Positions 56,701 through 64,000 of a stretch of 64,000 nt of DNA are shown here, piece after piece. Origin of the DNA: Eledone cirrhosa. Taxonomy: Eukaryota. The stretch spans positions 18,731 through 82,730 of the forward strand of contig CAXHJY010000705.1 in assembly GCA_964016885.1 (NCBI GenBank). Direction: 5' to 3'. The translations under genes and the position numbers were made by a program. How positions within the stretch are numbered: position 1 is the first letter of the stretch; every line of letters begins with the position of its first letter. The notes below the pieces were generated by a model. It made no database searches and was not told the origin of the DNA. It saw nothing but the letters and a program-made list of their open reading frames with translations.

Positions 56701-57223
56701 CAACTTCCAGAAGTCACTGGCCTGGCAGTGCTACCGAGGGGCTCTACCCGTTCGAGAGAGGCTCTACAGACACGGGCGCCCGGGCAGGGATCCCTCAAAA
56801 AAGATTTGCCCTAGATGCGTGCGTCACGAAGAAACCGTGGCGCACGCATTGGTGCAATGTCTGGGCGTGGCTGATCTGTGGGGCTACGCCGAACAACTGC
56901 TGTCGCGGGTGGCGCCGATTAAATTGACCGCCGAGTCCGTGATGACAATCAAACCGCCTCCCCTCTTCACAAAGGAAGCAAAGGCGGTTTTTCTGTGCGT
57001 AATAGCCATGTTGAAAGAGGTTGTTTGGTGGACACGATTGAAAGGTCTGAGGTCAGGCAACTTCCTCTCTGGCCATAGTCTGGTCTACTTCTTCCGATAT
57101 CACTTCGGAAGAAGGATAAGAATGGAGAGAGAGGTGCTTGGCCACAGGCAGTTTTATGAAAGGTGGGTGATAGTGGCGAGAATGGCTCGTGTAAATGGGC
57201 CTTCTCTGTATACCATCCTGTAG
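53786..57223 (+). CDS. LINE ORF2: APE endonuclease, reverse transcriptase and C-terminal zinc finger (1145 aa)
   Basis: LNARGL, ET, GDWN, SYLDRF and TDH (EN); KSPGLDG, RPITLLN, DQSKAFDRV, IRQGCPLS and YADD (RT); CPRC..ETVAHALVQC. Confidence 0.97.
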   Translation: MDVLRVGCLNARGLGSTWKQAKLLNDLRSCSINVMVICETRISVMRQLAPTFDDFEVHASLCQPGGGGGVVVLLQKHLGLAVQVVHSDPEGRLLVLDVGSSESAALRLVAVYSPFGAERPDFFQRLETFLGTSRSLLLAGDWNDILDARWDYAGACPNRGGCNSLKGLLDRFNLVDRYRLDFPTVPTWTWRNHSGQSRSYLDRFLVRSKDRDILSCPEMRTVGYTDHKLVTCVVNLEKTHRQGPGYWKLNLSLPAKETYRNRISRLVKERLTGAIVNNRWWASLKREIRTESISYSKMLAANRNRNEKELTGKLEEAIKSEDVARVLASRTALNQFFDAKHEGCVIRSKIRALGNEGAKAVGWARVTEAKSGNRSTIRSLQDEDGRVIREPKQMCEAFQKHFARLFGGGEGPGRGVDFGPYLDGLPRLSNKEAESCEGPISADEIGDALSQCSRRKSPGLDGIPYELYLAMPVFFSELLEAVYCNWQQNGRIPCSVAKGVVTLVRKDENKGDSINNFRPITLLNTELKILAKVLAKRLALVVGGLVGDAQTCAIPSRSIHDNLHLMRYIIERVGNKPGFGGALINLDQSKAFDRVDHGYLDAVLAAAGFGPVFRGWITALHSNHICSRIKVNGYLSKPFEITRSIRQGCPLSSLLYVLTLEPLLRKLELLQGIPLEPGLSKAVSAYADDVTVMVSTDSEIEAIGTLLEEYERLSGAKLNREKSIGLQLGTWRGKPMPPDGVVGHWTEGPVKLLGVWFGPDLQVEKNWNEVTNKVFALTQKWAKCKLSLKGRAEVANIYIASVTYYRLTVVPCPKETLTTMERMLFQFLWKKRPPMVRRSICCQQPSKGGLGMPWLMMRRHALRLRHLQVFLTGQPVWAPFVKRAFPRLVSLTELQSWVKQRSGKLGDWHTECAQALRALWQAGRAIGGESTSSFYRGLVASRGDDTLGESLDMEEDELASLFGRTFGPGPMDNFQKSLAWQCYRGALPVRERLYRHGRPGRDPSKKICPRCVRHEETVAHALVQCLGVADLWGYAEQLLSRVAPIKLTAESVMTIKPPPLFTKEAKAVFLCVIAMLKEVVWWTRLKGLRSGNFLSGHSLVYFFRYHFGRRIRMEREVLGHRQFYERWVIVARMARVNGPSLYTIL

Positions 57224-57820
57224 GTAAAGAAGTAAAGGAGAGGGGAACACCTTCTCCATGTGCTCCCCGGGCAAAGGATTGCACACTTTTTCGGGGGTGT
57301 GTGCAACCCCCATCACGTCCCCTCCCTTTTGAGGTTATTTTCGATTATTTTCATGTTACACCCTTTTTACTCGATTATATGTAAACTCCCCCTTTGTATT
57401 TGTCCCTTCTTTTTATGCCTTTATGGTAAATAAAGAAATCTATCTATCTATCTCTCTCTCTATATATATATACATCAAGTAAATATAACCTTTGATGTTC
57501 AATATCTTACCGAATAGCGATCCCACCTTCCCGCAAAAACGCATACACTCTCAAAAGGAAGATAGTAATGGGGTTAGCATGACTTTAGAAAAATCGGTCA
57601 GAAAATAAGATTATTTTTATTAATTTTCATTTTTTTTAATGAAATCAATGGAACATAAAAGAAGTTGCTTTTAATAAATTAGAAAGCGGTTTAAGATAAA
57701 ATACTACTTAATGTGTAACATGAACGGTTTTACCTACACTGCAAAGGATAGAGATACATGTGAATGGTGTTTCCACGCTAGAAACAAACATCCAGGCAGA
57801 AAAAGTATATGTTCGATTAT

Positions 57821-57855
<35 letters not shown>

Positions 57856-57863
57856 TCACACAT

Positions 57864-57894
<31 letters not shown>

Positions 57895-58083
57895 CGTTAT
57901 TCCGGGTTGAATCGGAGGTAACCACAGTAAGTAAGGTACTCAATACATAGCAGAGTATAACAGTTTTAATATAGATGAGATTCTACAGGACTAGAACTGT
58001 TTCATTCATTAGAAATCATCAGATTCCTGATGATTTCTAATGAATGAAACAGTTCTAGTCCTGTAGAATCTCATCTATATTAA

Positions 58084-58087
<4 letters not shown>
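57895..58087. mobile_element. PLE-like fold-back element, family A (perfect 61-bp arms)
   Basis: 57962-58022 is the exact reverse complement of 58027-58087 with a 4-nt loop. Each arm begins CTGATGA-tttctaatgaat-GAAAC. (TA)n lies on both sides. Confidence 0.75.
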
Positions 58088-58121
<34 letters not shown>

Positions 58122-58122
58122 T

Positions 58123-58167
<45 letters not shown>

Positions 58168-58468
58168 GTATATATCTGTATGTATATGTAAAATGAAGTT
58201 TCGTTTACATGCATTTATGTTTTTTTATTATATATCCTCCTTTTGACCCGTGTTAAACACACAAATATATATACATATATATGTGTGTGTATATATATAT
58301 ATACACATATATATTGTGTGTATATATATATGTGTGTATATATATATATATATGCCAATACAAGAGCAAAAACGATGAGGTCATTCTACTGGCATGGCTT
58401 AAAAAGAGGGTGTCTGCATAATTGCAAACGAATAGAATATTGTTAACATTCGAAAAATTCAGGTTACA

Positions 58469-58510
<42 letters not shown>

Positions 58511-59472
58511 TATTGTTATGTATTGGGGAGGGTCATATTACTGCAATATTGCCAGAAATAATAATAAAACACACTCACTGTTTGGTTTGGGTTGGTTTTC
58601 GCTACTGTATCTTTTATATCTCCATAGTTAATTTATCTGGTAATCAATGTTTATCATTGATTGAGCAACGGTTAAAAATACAGATATAAATATATAAAAA
58701 CAAATATATGTATATATATATATATATCTGTTATACACGCAGTGACTAACAACAGAATGTTTTAAGTCTAAATGTTGTCTGACAATATATGCGTAGCTTG
58801 TGAATAAAATATTCAAGGTGTATCTCTGGCCGTGGCGATTCCTTCCAGACATGTTTTGTAATGTATCGTCTTATTGGTTAATTTCATCGTCTTATTGGCT
58901 AATCAACCAACAAGAGTAATTGTTGCTCAAAAGCGTTTTGTTTGCACGTTTATTTATCGTTTCGCTTTCGAGTCTCTCTCCTGTATTTTGTCGTTTTATC
59001 ATCAAAATATTTTTCTCGTTTTGGTAAGTTATATTAATTTATATATGATTTTTTAAATATATATTAACTATGTTTTTTTCAGTTCGTTATAACATGCTTA
59101 GAATATTGGTTGGATCATATTTACTTATATATATATCCATATTATCGTTCGTTTTATGTTAGATTATTTTATTATTATTATGTTAGATTATTTTTTTTTA
59201 TTATTATTCTAGACTATTTGTATGTAATATTTAATTTTTATTAATTCAACTATAACAATTATTATGGAAAATATATTTATTTAATATTCATTGTTTTTTG
59301 TAGTTGTTTATATTAACAGTCTGAAAATATGTTTATACATCTTACAATAATATTTATAAGATCATTTATAAAATAACAATTATAAAATCTAATTACATTA
59401 CAACGATAATTTATTATATAATATCATGTTTAACTAGAGTTCTTACAATCGTTGCCTTATAAAAATATTAAA

Positions 59473-59913
59473 CTAGACCTGAAAATGCGCAAGCTCAAAA
59501 GAGCCACAAATGTTATAATAAACCTTCAAAAGTGTGGGAGTAGAGTTGTTGCTCAAAAATATTGTAATCATTATCTATCGTACACTCTGTGGTATCCTTT
59601 TATAAAAAAGAGACTCATAACGAACTCAAGACGACACGATAATTATTTAAGTGAATTTATAATATAGAATTCGGTTTAAGTGCATTTCGTATTAATTATT
59701 ACTAAACATCTAATATGAGATATTGAACATTAGATTAAATAATTATCGTGTCGTCTTGAGTTCGTTATGAGTCTTCTTTTTATAAAAGGATACCACAGTG
59801 TATACGATAGATAAAGATTACAATATTTTTTAGCAACAACTCTAGTCCCACACTTTTGAAGGTTTATTATAACATTCTGTGGCTCTTTTGAGCTTGCGCA
59901 TTTTTCAGGTCTA

Positions 59914-59914
<1 letters not shown>
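59473..59914. repeat. Long inverted repeat (~178-bp arms, ~85-bp spacer) ending in (TA)n
   Basis: CTAGACCTGAAAATGCGCAAGCTC..GATAATTATTTAA / TTAAATAATTATC..GAGCTTGCGCATTTTTCAGGTCTAG. Confidence 0.9.
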
Positions 59915-59973
<59 letters not shown>

Positions 59974-60320
59974 AGTGTAACTTGGAGTTACTGCATGTTC
60001 ACCCGGGTGAGCACACGATGTTTAGGTTAATATATATATATATATATTATCATATGTATTTATGCAATTATATCTACCTATTTACGTATCAGTAAGTATG
60101 TTTATGTGTGTGTGAGTGTGTATCTGTGTGTGTTAGCATATGTGCGTTTGTGTGCGTATGTGGGAGAGAGAATGAGAAACTAAGTGTGCGAGAGAGAGGG
60201 GAAGAGAGAAAGAAAGAAGGAACGAAAGAAACAAAGGAAGAAAGAAAGATAGATAGACAGACATACGGACAGAATGATAGATAGATAGATTGATAGATAG
60301 ATGGATAGATAGATAGATAT

Positions 60321-61790
60321 CTTTCTTTATTTGCCACAAGGGCGTACAAAAAATGGGACACTGCAAGACGTGATGGCGGTGGTTTTACATAAAAATTGTG
60401 TAAAGTTTAACATAAAATAAACTATATATTAAAATAAAAAAACAATCGAAATCCTCAATAGGGTGGACGTCACTACGGGGTTGTTTTATACTCCGTAGAG
60501 AGAAGAATCCTTAACACCAGGAGCACGTTTTGTAGGTGTTCCCGTCTTCCCTCTTTTTGTCTTCCTCAACCTACAGGTTTATATACAGAGAAGAGCCATT
60601 CACTCGGGCCATATTAGCCACATTCACGCACCTTCCAGCGAATCTACTGGGGTGCAGCCCCTCTCTCTCCACTCTCACCTTCCTTCTGAAGTGATTTTTA
60701 AAGAAGGGGATAAGCTGTTGTCCGTAGAGGAAGGTGTTTGCTCTCAGTCTTTCAACATCATCCACCATATTACCTCTTTCGCCATATGTTGGGGTTTGTG
60801 ATTGTGGTGGTGTGGGTGTTTGTCTGGTTGTGGCGGTGGTAGTGATCGTGTTGTTAGTGCTGTTGTCGTTTGTGGCGATATGTTTATGTCGGTGTTGAGT
60901 GTGTGCGTGTGCGTGTTTTCTGCGGATGTTTTTATTTTCGTATTTTTTCTGTGTCTTTGTTGTTTCTTGAATTGTGGGTTCCTCTTCATCCTTACATATG
61001 GAGGTTCCCGTGTCTGAGACTTCTGAATCAGGCGTAGATGGGAACGGTATGTTGTTTGGTGGAGTGTTTGTGGAAGTATTTGACAGAGAGGAAGGAAGAC
61101 TGGGTGGGTTTTTCAGGACGGTTTTGTATGTATTGTTATCTCTGCTGTGGTGGTGTGGGAGTGGATGTTGCAAGTTTTAGTGTTTTGTTTATTTGTATTG
61201 TTCTGTTTGGTTTCGGGTGTTGATTTGGGGCTTTTCGTGTTGGCAGTAGCACCTTTGTTGTACTTGGTTTGTTCAAGAGAGGGCTAAAGGCTTTAAATGT
61301 GTGCTTTTTCGATATTTATGGCACTGGGGCATTTTCCCCTCAACTAAAACGGAGATGGCATCTTCCTCAATTGTTGATCCTGTCCGAGATTTCCCAACTC
61401 TCTCTGGCCACATTTGTACCTGAACAGGGAGATAAAGATCGTAAAACGAAGTCATACCACATAAAATTATATACATATATATATATTGATGTTGCAAGTT
61501 TTAGTGTTTTGTTTATTTGTATTGTTGTGTTTGGTTTCGGGTGTTGATTTTGGACTTTTCGTGTTGGCAGTAGCACCTTCTTTGTACTTGGCTTGTTTAA
61601 GAGAGGGCTAAAGGCTTTAAATGTGTGCTTTTTCGATATTTATGGCACTGAGGTCTCTTCCCCTCCACTAAAACGGAGATGACATCTTCCTCAATGGTTG
61701 ATCCTGTCCGGGATTTTCACAACTCACTCTAGCCACATTTGTACCTGAACAGGGAGATAAAGATCGTAAAACGAAGTCATACCACATAAA
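60321..61790 (-). mobile_element. Internally deleted Tx1-clade LINE (ORF1 middle fused to ORF2 end and 3' UTR)
   Basis: ORF 60571-61173 ends FFKNHFRRKVRVERE..VANMARVNGSSLYINL (ORF2 C-terminus) but starts in Pro/Thr-rich ORF1. The VLVEGKMPQCHKYRKSTHLK knuckle remnant is duplicated. The 3' end abuts (TCTA)n. Confidence 0.85.
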
Positions 61791-63247
61791 ATTATATAAA
61801 TATATATATATTATCCTATATAAATCAAAATTATTTGAAACGAAATAAAAAGTAAAATGCCAAAGTATAGTTTATATACCAGACAGAAACACACACACAC
61901 ACACGGATAGCCAGTTCTAGAGTTATATACACACACATACACATGACATACACTCACAGACACCCACACACACACTCACTGATAGACAGATCAGTTTTAC
62001 AGACACACACAGACACACACAGACACTCACATCAGATAACACTCACATACACCCACATACACACAGTGCTAGGCATAAACACACACAAATAAACACACAT
62101 ATAGGTACAGACATGCGTATATACATCGACACAGGCGAAAATAATCACACACACACACACACCACTAGTCATACACACACACACACATTACTAGTCATTC
62201 ACACACACAGCTAGACATATACACACACACTGCTAGACATATACACACACACACTGCTAGACATACACACACACACACACACATACATACTCATACAGAC
62301 ATGCATATATACACCGCAGTGCTCTGCTACAAACAAACACATGTATGCACACAGACGAAACTAATCACACACATAGACATACACGCTGATAGACATACAC
62401 ACACACACAAATAAACACACATACACCCCACCCACCCCACACACATACAGATATACACATATACACACATACACACATACACATACACACACATACACAC
62501 ATACACATACAGACATGCATATATACATCGCAGTGCCCAGCTACAAACAAACACAACTGAACAGACATATTGAAACTTTATAATTCTATATAATCATAAA
62601 GTATTTTAAAAGAAAAATATGACAAAGAAAGGAGTAAACGCAAGTGTGAAACAGAATCGGAGAAAAATACGGAAAGTTGAATTTACAAAGGGAGTTATTT
62701 CAATGAACCATATATAATTTAAAACATCGCCAAAATTGTCGGTAAATAGATATATATATATATAAATATATAAATTTATAAATGTAGAGTGTATGTATGT
62801 ATGTATGTATGTATGTATGTATGTATGTATGTATGTATGTGTGTATGTATGTATGTATGAATGTATGTATGTATGTATGTATGTATATATATATAAATAG
62901 ATATTTATATATAGAAAGATATATATATATATGTATAATTATATTTTTTTTAACATATATATATAAACATATATATATATATATTAACATATGTATATAT
63001 ATAACATATATGTATATATATATATATGTATAAGCTTATATAAATATATAGACATTTATATATATATATACATATATATGTATGTATATATATATACATA
63101 TATATATATTTATATATATAATTATACTTATATAAAGATATAGACATTTATATATATATATATACATATATATATACTTATATAAAGATATAGACATTTA
63201 TATATATATATATACATATATATATATACTTATATAAAGATATAGAC

Positions 63248-63288
<41 letters not shown>

Positions 63289-63467
63289 TATACTTATAAA
63301 TGTATGTATATATATATACATATATATATTTATATTTATATATATATATACTTATATAAAGATATAGACATTTATATATATATATATACATATATATTAT
63401 ACACTCTCACACACACCCATATATATGGTTGTGTTTGATAAGGTATAAAATATATGCATCAATATGC

Positions 63468-63502
<35 letters not shown>

Positions 63503-64000
63503 GTATATATATATATATGTATATTTATATATATATATATATATATGTATATTTATATATATATCTATGTATATATATATGTGTATATATATATATATGT
63601 ATATATATATGTATGTATATATATATTTAAAAAAAAACTTAAAGCGGCAAAATGAACGCCACTTTATTTTAAAGAAGATCGGTCTAAGTCTTAAAGAACT
63701 TTAGATCTATCATAGAAATAAAATATAGAAGAATGTTTAAAACTAAAAAGAAAGAAGAGACAGACATAATCAGAACGCAGTAGAAAAAAAGAAGTTTTAT
63801 AAAAGAACATTTAAATGTATGAAAGCATTAAAGGATGAAATTGTTGTAAAAAAAAATGAAAGAAAGAGTTGCAAAGGAACAAAGAGGATAAATTGAAAAA
63901 AAAAAATGTTTTTCGAGAAGAATAAAAAGGGAGAGAACCGGGGTGTAATAATACGGGAACAAATGTTTAAAATGACAATAGCTAATAGTATATACCGTGT

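Larger units (their letters stand above)
51642..57438 (+). mobile_element. Full-length Tx1/L1-clade LINE
   Basis: 5' UTR, ORF1, ORF2 and a 3' UTR ending AATAAAGAAA; 21-bp direct repeat TCTATCTATCTATCTCTCTCT at 51621-51641 and 57439-57459. Confidence 0.95.

Overview
Eukaryotic, very microsatellite-rich (TA, CA, AAC, CTA, GGT, TCTA), gene-poor DNA. The repeat families suggest a coleoid cephalopod, probably Octopus (inference). No host protein-coding exon could be supported, and almost all listed ORFs are microsatellite artefacts. Real content: (1) a full-length, nearly intact Tx1/L1-clade LINE (51642-57438, ORF2 with APE endonuclease, RT and zinc finger) with a 21-bp TSD in a (TCTA)n/(TC)n tract, plus three defective relatives; (2) about 16 tRNA-derived Deu/Nin-type SINEs; (3) RTE-clade LINE remnants, two of which have tandemly amplified overlapping homologous coding segments; (4) an R4/Dong-like fragment beside (TAA)n. 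The most striking signal is a dense set of short 100-450 bp elements embedded in (TA)n that carry minimal type-I hammerhead ribozyme motifs, often inside fold-back inverted repeats whose junction lies at or in the ribozyme, followed by a shared 3' hairpin. These look like Penelope-like element (PLE) termini from many divergent families. All coordinates were read by eye, and element boundaries are approximate.
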